Source: Candidatus Latescibacterota bacterium (GTDB lineage: Bacteria > Krumholzibacteriota > Krumholzibacteriia > WVZY01 > JAKEHA01). Taken from it: a DNA stretch of 64,000 bases. A program made the translations under genes and the position numbers. Where the stretch lies: contig OY970173.1 of assembly GCA_963707635.1 (NCBI GenBank), positions 1,440,001 to 1,504,000 of the forward strand, written 5' to 3'. Position 1 is the first letter of the stretch. Every line of letters starts with the position of its first letter. Below the pieces are notes generated by a model. That model was given only the letters and a program-made list of their open reading frames with translations, was not told the origin of the DNA and ran no database searches. Below are positions 41,995 to 53,791 of the stretch, one piece after another.

Positions 41995-42304
41995 ACGAGC
42001 GCCGCCGGGCAACGAAGACGTCCCCGTCCTTTTCCAATATCACCAGATCGTAGCCGTGCCCGCGGATACTCCCGTCTACGCGGCACAGGGTCCGGGCCCG
42101 CCCGCAATGCGTGACCGCGATCCCCAGGACGAACGGATCTCCGCGGGGAGTCACCCGCACCGTGGTATCGAGGGTGAGGGTCGCCACCGGCAGGATCCAC
42201 CGGTGACGCAGCGGACCACCGCACTGCGGGCAGGTGTCCTGCGCGTGCAGATAGACGTGTCCGCGTGCGCAGGCGAAGGCGGCGAGCCGGGCGGGGCGCG
42301 TCAA
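41939..42304 (-). CDS. DUF35-like Zn-ribbon/OB-fold protein
   Basis: TTG start overlapping the thiolase stop; CARGH...CPQCG followed by OB-like strands. Confidence 0.65.
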   Translation of the reverse strand: MTRPARLAAFACARGHVYLHAQDTCPQCGGPLRHRWILPVATLTLDTTVRVTPRGDPFVLGIAVTHCGRARTLCRVDGSIRGHGYDLVILEKDGDVFVARRRSFTESNRATRPTRPVARRS

Positions 42305-43428
42305 TTCGCCTCCAGCACGAAAGCGTAGTTGTCGCGCGCTACGCCGCCGGCGCTTTGCACCAGCGCCACGCGCGCGTTCGGATGCTGGCGCTCGCCCGCG
42401 GCCCCGGTCAACTGGGCGTGCACTTCGGCCAGGGAAGTGAGCCCGCACACGCCGATTGGATGCCCGCGCGCCTTCATCCCGCCGGACGGATTCACCGCGT
42501 GCGTCCCGCCGATTCCGAGCTCGCCGCGGGCGAGCGCCCGCCACGCGTCGCCGTAGGGAAAGAATCCCATGGCCTCGAGATTCATGAGCTCGAAGGGCGC
42601 GAACGCGTCGTGGATCTCCACCACGTCGACCTCACGCGGTCCGCGTCGCGCCATCGCGAACGCCTCCCGCGCGGCGGTCGTCGCCGCCCGGAACATCCCC
42701 GGGTGGGCGCGCTCGTGAAAGCGCGGCGCGTCCAAACCGGAGCCCCACCCGCGAATCGTCACCTCGCCCGAGTCGCGCGAGAGCACGCAGGCGGCGGCGC
42801 CGTCCGACATTGGGGCGCAGTGGTGGCGGCGCAGCGGGTCGCAAACCCGCGGGCTCGTGCGCACCTCGTCGAGGGTCACGGCGCGGCGAAAGTGGGCGAG
42901 GGGATTGGCGACGGCGTGGGCGTGGTTCTTGATCGCGACCTCGTCGAAGGCGCGCATCGGAACCGCGAAGCGCGACGCGTACGCGCGCGTCGCCAGCGCG
43001 GCGAGGGCCGGCAGCGTCGCGCCGTGATGCTGCTCGATCGCGTCGGACACGCGCGGCGCCAGCAGGCCGGCGGCGGTGCCGGCGTCGACGTGGGTCATCT
43101 TCTCGCACCCGAGGACCAGTACGTCCCCGTCGACGGTGTCGAGCCTCCGCAGGGCGGCGAGCAGCGCTTCGCCCCCGGTTCGAAGCGGTCCCTCGACCGG
43201 GATCGAGCCGCAGCCGGCGAGCGCCAGCCCCTCGCGGACCAGCGCCGCGGCATCCTCCACGCCGCACAACTCGCGCGGCGCAAAGGACGCCAGACAGACG
43301 GCGGCGATGCGGTCGGCGTCGATTCCGCCTATCGCGCGGGCGACACTCTCGCGCAGCAGCGCCTCATAATCGGCGTCGTGGCGACCGATGCGCGTCATCC
43401 ACGCCGATTTCACCTTGATTTCGCCCAC
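42301..43428 (-). CDS. Thiolase-fold protein (SCP2/archaeal type) lacking the nucleophilic Cys
   Basis: CEKMT, PMSDGAAA, EIHDAF, NPSGG, GHPIG; start probably GTG 43428. Confidence 0.85.
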   Translation of the reverse strand: MGEIKVKSAWMTRIGRHDADYEALLRESVARAIGGIDADRIAAVCLASFAPRELCGVEDAAALVREGLALAGCGSIPVEGPLRTGGEALLAALRRLDTVDGDVLVLGCEKMTHVDAGTAAGLLAPRVSDAIEQHHGATLPALAALATRAYASRFAVPMRAFDEVAIKNHAHAVANPLAHFRRAVTLDEVRTSPRVCDPLRRHHCAPMSDGAAACVLSRDSGEVTIRGWGSGLDAPRFHERAHPGMFRAATTAAREAFAMARRGPREVDVVEIHDAFAPFELMNLEAMGFFPYGDAWRALARGELGIGGTHAVNPSGGMKARGHPIGVCGLTSLAEVHAQLTGAAGERQHPNARVALVQSAGGVARDNYAFVLEAN

Positions 43429-43486
43429 GGTTTGAGCATAAATAAGCCGCGATTTTGCTGTCAACGAACCAGACCACTCCCGAAGC

Positions 43487-43912
43487 ATGATTCATCCTGT
43501 CGCTGTTGCCGCGTTGCTCGCGGGCCTGTGCGCCCAGCTCCTCAAGGTGCTGATCGAAACCGTGCGTACGCGCCGCTCGAGCGTGCTGCGCTTCTTCGAC
43601 AACGGCGGTATGCCGTCGTCCCATACCGCGCTCGTGACCGTTCTGACCATCGGTGTAGCCCGTGACGTGGGCGTACAATCGCCCCTGTTCGCCGTGACCC
43701 TGCTCTTCAGCCTGTACTTCGTCTTCGAGGCGGCGGGGCTTCGCCAGGAAGTCGGCAACCAGGCTCGACTCTTGAACGATCTCGTGGACGAACTGCGGCA
43801 TACGCACCACGTCGACCGGCGGCGGCTCAAGGAACTGGTCGGCCACACCTGGGGCGAGGTGGTCGGGGGATTCGTCTGCGGTCTGGCGGTGGCGGCGATC
43901 GCCTACCGATAG
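43487..43912 (+). CDS. Divergent PAP2 family protein (DUF212)
   Basis: AQLLK, GGMPSSH, AAGLR, LKELVGHT. Confidence 0.9.
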   Translation: MIHPVAVAALLAGLCAQLLKVLIETVRTRRSSVLRFFDNGGMPSSHTALVTVLTIGVARDVGVQSPLFAVTLLFSLYFVFEAAGLRQEVGNQARLLNDLVDELRHTHHVDRRRLKELVGHTWGEVVGGFVCGLAVAAIAYR

Positions 43913-44023
43913 CCTCCCGGGCGCCGTGCCCCGGCCGGTGCCTCTGCGCCCTTGTTGCCCCTTGTTCCCGAGCGTATATTGAAGGGGACGGGCAGCCCAA
44001 CCCCACGGTTCGTCGATATCCAT

Positions 44024-45809
44024 ATGAGACCGTCCGTGCGAGTGTATTTCGTGGTCGCCATGGCGGCCGTTGCGGGCCTGTGCGCGTGCGGCGCGGACGA
44101 TCCCTCGCTCGTGGGACGTCCCCCCATCGTCTCCTCGTACGCCCCCGCGATTCGCGATCTGACCGCCTTCGTCGGTGACACCCTCTCGTTCCGGTTGGAC
44201 GCATTCGACCCCGACCACGATCGCCTCGCCACTTCATTTACGGTCGACGGCGGCGTGGCGGCGAGCGCCACGCGCTGGGACTACGCCGGTGGTGGATACG
44301 GGTCGGGTGACCATCCGCGGGTCGGTCACCGACGGGGAGCATGCGTCGTTCATCGAGTGGGCGGTTTCGCGCGTGCAACCGATCAACCTGGCGCCGGTCA
44401 TCGATGCCATTCTGCCGCTGGAGGCCAACCCGGTGATGGTGATCGGAAACCGGATGGATTTCGCCATTCGCGCCACCGATCCCGAGTCGATGCCGTTGAG
44501 CTACTCCTTTGCGGTCGACGATTCGGTGGTCGCGGAGGAGCGACAGTTCAACTACCAGGCGTCGTCGGTGGGTTGGAAGCAGGTGCGCGCCATCGTCAGC
44601 GATGGCGTGAGGTCGGCTGCGCGCGCGTGGTCCCTGCACGTCACGGAGATCCCGGACACGATTGCCCCCGCTCGGGTGAACGTCACGCGGGCGGTACCGG
44701 GGGAGTTCCCCGGCGAGATCGTGATCGACTGGGTTGCCGTGGGCCGCGACGGCAACGTCGGGCTTGCGTCTTCGTATCAGGTCCGCACGGCGCCCGATAC
44801 GATCCTCAACGAGACCGACTGGGGCCGGGGGAGCCAGCGACCGGGTGTCCCGGCGCCGCTCGCGCCGGGCCAGACCATGACCATGGTCGTGGGAGGTCTC
44901 TTGCCCGCGCAAGTCACCTACGTCGCGGTTCGCGCTGTCGATGATTTTGGAAATTACTCCCCGCTCGGCAATGCCCCGAGCGTGCTGATCCGCGGTATGA
45001 GTTTCTCCGGGCGGGTGGTGGACGCGCTTTCGGGCGCGGGTATCGCCGGCGCCAGCCTGGTGCTCGGCCTGGCCGAGACCTGCACGGATTCCGTCGGCTC
45101 CTACCGGTTCCGGGAGCTGGGTCACATGACGAGTCTCATGAACGTGCGTGACGACAGTGTCTCCGGGATCGGCGGGTATTTCGACTATCACACCAGTTAC
45201 ACGGTCGTGCACAATGACGTCGTGCCCTATTACCTCGTGCCGAACCTCGACCTCGATACCGCGCTGTATTCGGATTTTCTGCAGTTCTTCCGGTTGATGA
45301 CCGACGTGCCGGGCAACCCGTACGGCGCCCAGCAACGGCGCTGGGAGCTTCCCATCAACCTGTACATTCGTCCCTTCGTGCGCAACGGCCTGGACTACGG
45401 GGCCACCGTTGCGCGGGTAGCGCGTGAATTCGACAGCCTGCTGGGGGTGCAGGTCTTCAACCTCGTTTCCGCCCGGCCCTCCGGGGGCGTGGAGACCGTG
45501 TACCGCGACGGCCTCGCCCAGGACCACTACCTGATATCCGAGTTCACCAGCGATTGGTACCCACGCCAGGGCGTCATCGAGTTCCGTACTGTGTACTCGA
45601 CCGCCACGGAGGATGTGCTGGCGCGGACCGCCCGCCATGAGCTCGGGCACGCGCTGGGATTGAACCACAGTCTCGACGCATCGCACCTCATGTTGGGCGG
45701 GTCGCAGGCGCCGACGGCCGACGATTTCAGCCGGGACGAACGGGCCGTCATTCGATGCCTGTACACGCTGCCCCGGGGCTGGGACAACCGCTTTTTCGAT
45801 CGCGAATAA
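44024..45809 (+). CDS. Lipoprotein with Ig/FN3-like domains and a C-terminal metzincin (matrixin-like) domain; frameshift near 44288
   Basis: Lipobox LCAC; VAVRAVDDFGNYS FN3-like end; HELGHALGLNHS...HLM; one extra base joins WDYA to VVDTG. Confidence 0.75.
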
Positions 45810-45920
45810 TACTGCCAGCTATCTGACAGGCTGGCATGTCTTCTCGTGACCGCGCGGGAACGAGGACGCGGCATGTTACATATCTTACTGTTATAAAACA
45901 CATTATAGGTTCGATCTCGA

Positions 45921-45937
45921 CTGGCATCGAACGTGCC
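45921..45937 (+). promoter_or_regulatory. Putative sigma54 (-24/-12) promoter of clpB
   Basis: CTGGCATCGAACGTGC has GG-N10-GC spacing, preceded by an AT-rich tract. Confidence 0.6.
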
Positions 45938-45978
45938 TTGTGTTATGGGCCCCTTGGCCTAGAAAGGTCGATGTTCGC

Positions 45979-48560
<2,582 letters not shown>

Positions 48561-48564
<4 letters not shown>

Positions 48565-48590
48565 CGCGGCGCATGGCGTTGAGGTATAAT
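48561..48590 (+). promoter_or_regulatory. Putative sigma70 promoter of C25 paralogs 1-2
   Basis: TTGACG-N18-TATAAT. Confidence 0.65.
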
Positions 48591-48799
48591 CTTTTCCAGT
48601 ATTCGGCGTGGGCATGGCCCCGCCGGTGCTCTGGCCGGGTCGAGACAGGCCCCCCCGGTTCGGCCCGAACAGTGTCGACAACATCGTTCCACCATCACCG
48701 CTGACTCGATCCCGTCCCACCGACTGGCGACATTGCCGCAGCCGCGTGGTTCAGGGACAGAGCGCACTAGGTCGCATCTGCAGCGTCGTCGGAGGGTCC

Positions 48800-51700
48800 G
48801 TGCGCATCACCACGTGTCGCCTGCGCCTCGCCTGTTCTGTGCTCGCATTGTCCGCCTTGTTCTTGCCCCGCGGCGCGCGCGGCGGGGAGATGTCCTACGT
48901 CCTCGAGACGCCGGCCGCGTCGATCCAGCTCGAGCGTGACGCCGTCGCCGATCGCGCGGTGGCGAGCGACCCGCAGTTCTATTACGTGGCCGAGGCCGGG
49001 TTGCCGGCGCTCCCGTACCGCGTGATCAGCCTGCTGCTCCCGCCGGGCGAAGCCGTCGACCGGTTCGAGATCGTCTCCGGTCCGCCGACGGTGATCGCGT
49101 CGTCGGTGCGACTGGCCGTCGCGCCGCCCGCGGAGGGTCCGGACGGCTTGCCCGCGAGTACCTCGACGGCCGCGGTTTGGAACGAGACGGCGTATCCCTC
49201 GGAGGGCGCGGTCTACCTGGGTACGGGATATCTGCACGGTTGCGCGATCGCGAGTTTTGCGGTGTACCCGGTTTCGATCGCGGCGGGAACGCTGACGGTC
49301 AACGAGCGGGTGGAATTGCGCGTCACCACGCGCGGCGACGACCCGACCCGCCGCGTCGCCCGGCGCTTGCGTTATCGCGAAGGATTCGAGGAGACGCTGC
49401 ACCGGCGCCTCGAGGGGCTGGTGGTCAACACCGACGAAATGTCGGCGTACGCGGCGACGGCCACGCGCGTCCCGGAAGCTTCCGGTGGATTCAACCCGAC
49501 GTCACTTCCGGCCCTCGAAGGCAGCGGCGTCGACTACGTGATCATCACCAACGATTCCCTCGCGGCCGCGTTCCAGATCCTGGCGGACTGGAAGACGGCG
49601 AAGGGCGTTCGCACCGTCGTTCGCACCACCGAATGGATCCAGGCCAACTACCGCAACGGGGTCGACCCGGCCGAGACCATCCGCACCTTCATTCTCGACG
49701 CGTATCAGAAGTGGGGGATCACGTACGCGCTGCTGGGCGGCGACGCGGAGCAGGTACCGGTGCGGCTCGGCGCGTCGAAGTATCTGGGCACGAAGGATCT
49801 TCCCGCCGACATGTACTTCGGGTGTCTGGACGGCGACTGGAACGCCGACCACGACAAGCTCTTCGGTGAGGGCGGTCCCACCGACCAGGCCGACCTCTAC
49901 CAGGAGGTGTACACCGGGCGCCTGCCGGCGGTGAGCGTGGCCACCGCGAGTATCATGATCAACAAGATCATGAGCTACGAAACGCCGGCCGACCCGTCCT
50001 ACACCGGAACCGCGCTGCTGCTCGCCGAGGTGCTGTTTCCGACCGATTGGGACGGAAGCGCGCCCATTACCCAGGACGGAGCCGCCATCGCGGAGTTTGC
50101 GTACGCCCTGGCCCTGGACGATCCGGCGCTCACGGTCTCGCGCATGTACGAGAACAATATGCCGTACAACGTCGCGCCGGAGACGAGGGCCTCCACGCTT
50201 GCCGCCCTCAACGCCGGCGTCGACCAGGTCAATCACATCGGCCACGGTTTTCGGTTCAACATGTCGGTCGGCGACGGCAGCGTGGTGAACGCCGACGCCG
50301 ATGTGCTCACCAACACCGACCGCTATTCCAACATGTATCTGCTCAACTGCACCGTCGTCGCCTACACCTACTTCTGCCTGGGCGAGCATTTTCTGCTCAG
50401 CCCCGCCGGCGGAGCCGTGTCCGTCATCGGCGCCAACGAGAGCGCGTACCCGCTGATATCGCAGCCGTACATGAACGAGTACTACGACCTCCTGATCAAC
50501 GACGATGTCGTGCACATCGGCGAGGCGTTCGCGCGCTCGCGCGAGCCCCGCACACCGATTGCCTCAAACGGGGACAATGCCGACCTGTGGACGCATTACA
50601 TCTACACCATCCTGGCGGACCCGGAGATGCCGCTGTGGACCGCGCCGGTGCAGCCGCTGGTCGTGTCGCACCCAACGCTCATGCAACGGGGCACCACCAA
50701 CGTGACCGTCCACGTGAACGACGCAGGCGGTCCGGTCGCGGGTGCAACGGTGTGTTTGTCGAAGGGAAGCGAGAGCTACGGGGTAGGCACCACCGACGCG
50801 AACGGCAACGTGGCCCTCAAGACGACGGCGGAATCCGCAGGCAGTGTTCGCGTCGTCGCGACCGCTCTCAACCGCTCGCGGTATGAAGGGTCGATTTATG
50901 TGCTGCCTTCGATTCCCGCGTACGTGTCCTACGTCGGCCTGGACGCGGACGATGATGCAGTCGGCGCGACCAGCGGCAACGGCGACGGCGTGATCGATGC
51001 CGGCGAAGTGATCGAGTTCATCACAGAGGTCGGCAACACCGGGAACGCCGACGCGTCCGGCGTGACGCTCACGCTGCGTTCGAGCACGAGCGGCGTTCTG
51101 GTCGAAGACAGCACCGCCCTGGCGGGGACCGTGGCGGCGGGCGACACCTCGAGCGCGCTCGATTCGTTCCGTGTCCGCTTTGCGCCCGGGATCGCAGATG
51201 AGACGCCCGCCGCCTTCACCCTGGTGGTTAACGCGGACGACGTGCCGGGGTGGACAGGCTCCTTCAAGAAACTGGTGCACGCGCCCGCGATCGAGTTCGA
51301 CGTGCTGCGCATCGACGACGCTACGACCGGAAACGGCGACGGCCTCGTCCAGGCGGGCGAGAATGTGCGCGTCTACTACACGATTCGCAACTTCGGCACC
51401 GGGGCCGCGTACGGACTTGCCGCGACCCTCACGGATCTCGAGGGCGCGTTCACGATCACGAACGGCGCGTCCGGGTACGCGAGCATGACGACGGCGGGAG
51501 CGGCGGAAAATGCGACCGGGTTCGCCCTGAGCGAGAGCAGCGTGGCGACGGAGCACGATCTGCGCCTGGCAGTGACGGACGCCCACGGCAATGCCTGGGA
51601 GAAGGTATTCGAGTTGCGTCCGCCGCCGGCGCCGGTGAACCTGACGTTCAACCCGAGTGTCGGGCCGACCCGGCTGCAGCTGGCCTGGGACGCTCCGCCG

Positions 51701-53758
51701 GGCTCGACCGACGTGAATCGGTATCGCGCCTACCGGTCGCTGACGGCGGGGGGACCCTACACGGTGGCGACGGTGGACCCGGTACGGCACACGACCTTCC
51801 TCGACACCGGCCTGCAGCCCACGACCCGCTACTACTACCGCGTCAGCGCGGTGGACGTGTCGGGCAACGAGAGCGCGCTGTCCGCCGAGTACAGCGGCAG
51901 CACCAACCCGGCGCAGGTCGTGGGGTGGCCGATCAAGATGAGCGTGGAGACGGTGAGTTCGCCGGTGATGGGGGATATCGACGGCGACCACGACTTCGAG
52001 CTCATCCAGGGCGACGGCAAGCTGTACGCGTGGCACCACAACGGAGTGGAGCTGCGCGACGCCGACGCGAACGCGCAGACCTGGGGACTCTTCAGCACGC
52101 TCGGGAATTCGTTCGTCTCGCACCCCGCGCTGGCCGAGATCGACGCCGTCAACGGTCTCGACATCCTGGCGGCGTCGCGCGACACCAGGGAGGTGTTCGC
52201 GTTCAACTATACCGGCAACGTGATCGCCGGGTGGCCGCGGCCGGTTGAGAACGCCATCCGTGCGGGCCTGGTGGCGGGTGACATCAACGGGGACGGTCAG
52301 AAGGAAGTAATCGCCATCGACGAGAAGGGCGTGCTCTACGTGTGGAGGGCCAACGGCGCCGAGTATCGCAACGGCGACAACAACGCCGCCACCCAGGGGA
52401 TATTCCGCAAGTTCGGCGGGTGTGTCTACCAGTACACGTGTCCCGCCATCGGGAACTTCGACGCCGACGGCCTCAACGAGATCGTCGTGGGCACGCAAGG
52501 CGATTCCGTGTTCGTTCTCAACGAAAACGGCACCCTCGTGCCGGGGTGGCCGAAGGCGTTCAGCTCCGACATCTCCGGCAGCATCGCGCTGGGCGACATC
52601 GACGGCAACGGCGACCTCGAAATGGTGGTGTGCGAATACGGCGGCAACGTGTGGGCGCTCAATCACGACGGGACCACAATGTGGATGCAGTGGTTTCCGA
52701 ATCAGCTCACCTTCGGACCGTCCCCGGCGCTGGGGGACCTCGATGGCGACGGAAAACTCGAGGTGGTCGTTCCGAGCAAGAACCGCAACCTTTACGCGAT
52801 CCGGTACAATGGCGGCTATCTCCCCGGGTGGCCGGTCGTGTATACGAGCCAGCTCTGGACGGAGTCGTCGCCGGTGATCGCGGATATCAACAACGACGGT
52901 TCGCTCGACGTCGTGCTCGGCGACGAGACCCGTTTCATCAACGGCTGGGACGCCGCCGGCCAACCGCTGGCCGGATTCCCGCTCGCGACTGGCGACGCGG
53001 TGCGCGCCACGCCGATGATCGCGGACCTCGACAAAGACGGCGACGTCGAAGTGATCGCCGCCGGGTGGGACAAGACCGTCTATGTCTGGGATTTCCCGGC
53101 GATGTTCAACCCGCTGATGGCGCCGTGGTCGAAGTTCCACGCCAATCTCTACAACGATGGTAACATTCACACGCCGGTGCCGACGCCGGTGCGCGCGGTC
53201 TCGTTCAATTTCACGCGGCGGGATGCGGGAATGGAACTGGTGTGGGCGGTGCCCGCAGAGGCGGGCGGGGAGTTCACGGTGAGGCGGGCGGAAGTGGTGG
53301 GCGGAGAGACGGGGGGATTCGCGCTGGTGGCGGCGGGGGTGGGGACCGGTGTGGACGGGATGGTGCGGGTGGTGGACCGGGGCGTGGAGATGGGGTCGCG
53401 CTACGTGTATCACCTGGAGAACACGGGGGGGACGTTGATCCACGAGACGGCGGGGTTGTACGTGCCGGTGACGCGGGCGGTGCTGGGTCAGAACTACCCG
53501 AACCCGTTCAACCCGGTGACAAAGATCGAGTACTGGGTGCCGGAGGGATCGGGCAAGACGCCGGTGAGCCTGGTGATCTACGATGTGCGGGGGGCGCGGG
53601 TGCGGACGGTGGTGAACGAGGGGCAGGCGGCGGGCCGGTACGTGGTGGAGTGGGACGGGCGGACGGAGGGCGGCGCGCCGGCCGGATCGGGCGTATACTT
53701 CTACAAGCTTCAGACGCCCGGTTTTTCGGATGCCCGCAAGATGGTGCTCCTGAAGTGA
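48800..53758 (+). CDS. Secreted C25 (gingipain-family) cysteine peptidase + FN3 + FG-GAP + FlgD-Ig/T9SS-type CTD, paralog 1
   Basis: GGAGG RBS and GTG 48800; propeptide GLPALP, DYVIIT, LLGGD, GRLP, HIGHG/LNC dyad, FN3 YYYRVSAVD, GDIDGD repeats, QNYPNPFNP...RKMVLLK. Confidence 0.88.
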   Translation: MRITTCRLRLACSVLALSALFLPRGARGGEMSYVLETPAASIQLERDAVADRAVASDPQFYYVAEAGLPALPYRVISLLLPPGEAVDRFEIVSGPPTVIASSVRLAVAPPAEGPDGLPASTSTAAVWNETAYPSEGAVYLGTGYLHGCAIASFAVYPVSIAAGTLTVNERVELRVTTRGDDPTRRVARRLRYREGFEETLHRRLEGLVVNTDEMSAYAATATRVPEASGGFNPTSLPALEGSGVDYVIITNDSLAAAFQILADWKTAKGVRTVVRTTEWIQANYRNGVDPAETIRTFILDAYQKWGITYALLGGDAEQVPVRLGASKYLGTKDLPADMYFGCLDGDWNADHDKLFGEGGPTDQADLYQEVYTGRLPAVSVATASIMINKIMSYETPADPSYTGTALLLAEVLFPTDWDGSAPITQDGAAIAEFAYALALDDPALTVSRMYENNMPYNVAPETRASTLAALNAGVDQVNHIGHGFRFNMSVGDGSVVNADADVLTNTDRYSNMYLLNCTVVAYTYFCLGEHFLLSPAGGAVSVIGANESAYPLISQPYMNEYYDLLINDDVVHIGEAFARSREPRTPIASNGDNADLWTHYIYTILADPEMPLWTAPVQPLVVSHPTLMQRGTTNVTVHVNDAGGPVAGATVCLSKGSESYGVGTTDANGNVALKTTAESAGSVRVVATALNRSRYEGSIYVLPSIPAYVSYVGLDADDDAVGATSGNGDGVIDAGEVIEFITEVGNTGNADASGVTLTLRSSTSGVLVEDSTALAGTVAAGDTSSALDSFRVRFAPGIADETPAAFTLVVNADDVPGWTGSFKKLVHAPAIEFDVLRIDDATTGNGDGLVQAGENVRVYYTIRNFGTGAAYGLAATLTDLEGAFTITNGASGYASMTTAGAAENATGFALSESSVATEHDLRLAVTDAHGNAWEKVFELRPPPAPVNLTFNPSVGPTRLQLAWDAPPGSTDVNRYRAYRSLTAGGPYTVATVDPVRHTTFLDTGLQPTTRYYYRVSAVDVSGNESALSAEYSGSTNPAQVVGWPIKMSVETVSSPVMGDIDGDHDFELIQGDGKLYAWHHNGVELRDADANAQTWGLFSTLGNSFVSHPALAEIDAVNGLDILAASRDTREVFAFNYTGNVIAGWPRPVENAIRAGLVAGDINGDGQKEVIAIDEKGVLYVWRANGAEYRNGDNNAATQGIFRKFGGCVYQYTCPAIGNFDADGLNEIVVGTQGDSVFVLNENGTLVPGWPKAFSSDISGSIALGDIDGNGDLEMVVCEYGGNVWALNHDGTTMWMQWFPNQLTFGPSPALGDLDGDGKLEVVVPSKNRNLYAIRYNGGYLPGWPVVYTSQLWTESSPVIADINNDGSLDVVLGDETRFINGWDAAGQPLAGFPLATGDAVRATPMIADLDKDGDVEVIAAGWDKTVYVWDFPAMFNPLMAPWSKFHANLYNDGNIHTPVPTPVRAVSFNFTRRDAGMELVWAVPAEAGGEFTVRRAEVVGGETGGFALVAAGVGTGVDGMVRVVDRGVEMGSRYVYHLENTGGTLIHETAGLYVPVTRAVLGQNYPNPFNPVTKIEYWVPEGSGKTPVSLVIYDVRGARVRTVVNEGQAAGRYVVEWDGRTEGGAPAGSGVYFYKLQTPGFSDARKMVLLK
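53198..53662 (+). repeat. Near-identical G-rich C-terminal module, copy 1
   Basis: Aligns by eye almost base for base with ~58190-58655 and ~63471-63885. Confidence 0.9.
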
Positions 53759-53791
53759 CACGCCCCTGTATACAAACAGAGGAGACGAAGT

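Noticed and set aside
48608..48799. Upstream extensions given in the ORF track (e.g. starts at 5, 4474, 4830, 30621, 48608, 58757)
   Set aside because: They overlap other genes or promoters; downstream starts with an RBS, signal peptide or family-typical N-terminus fit better.
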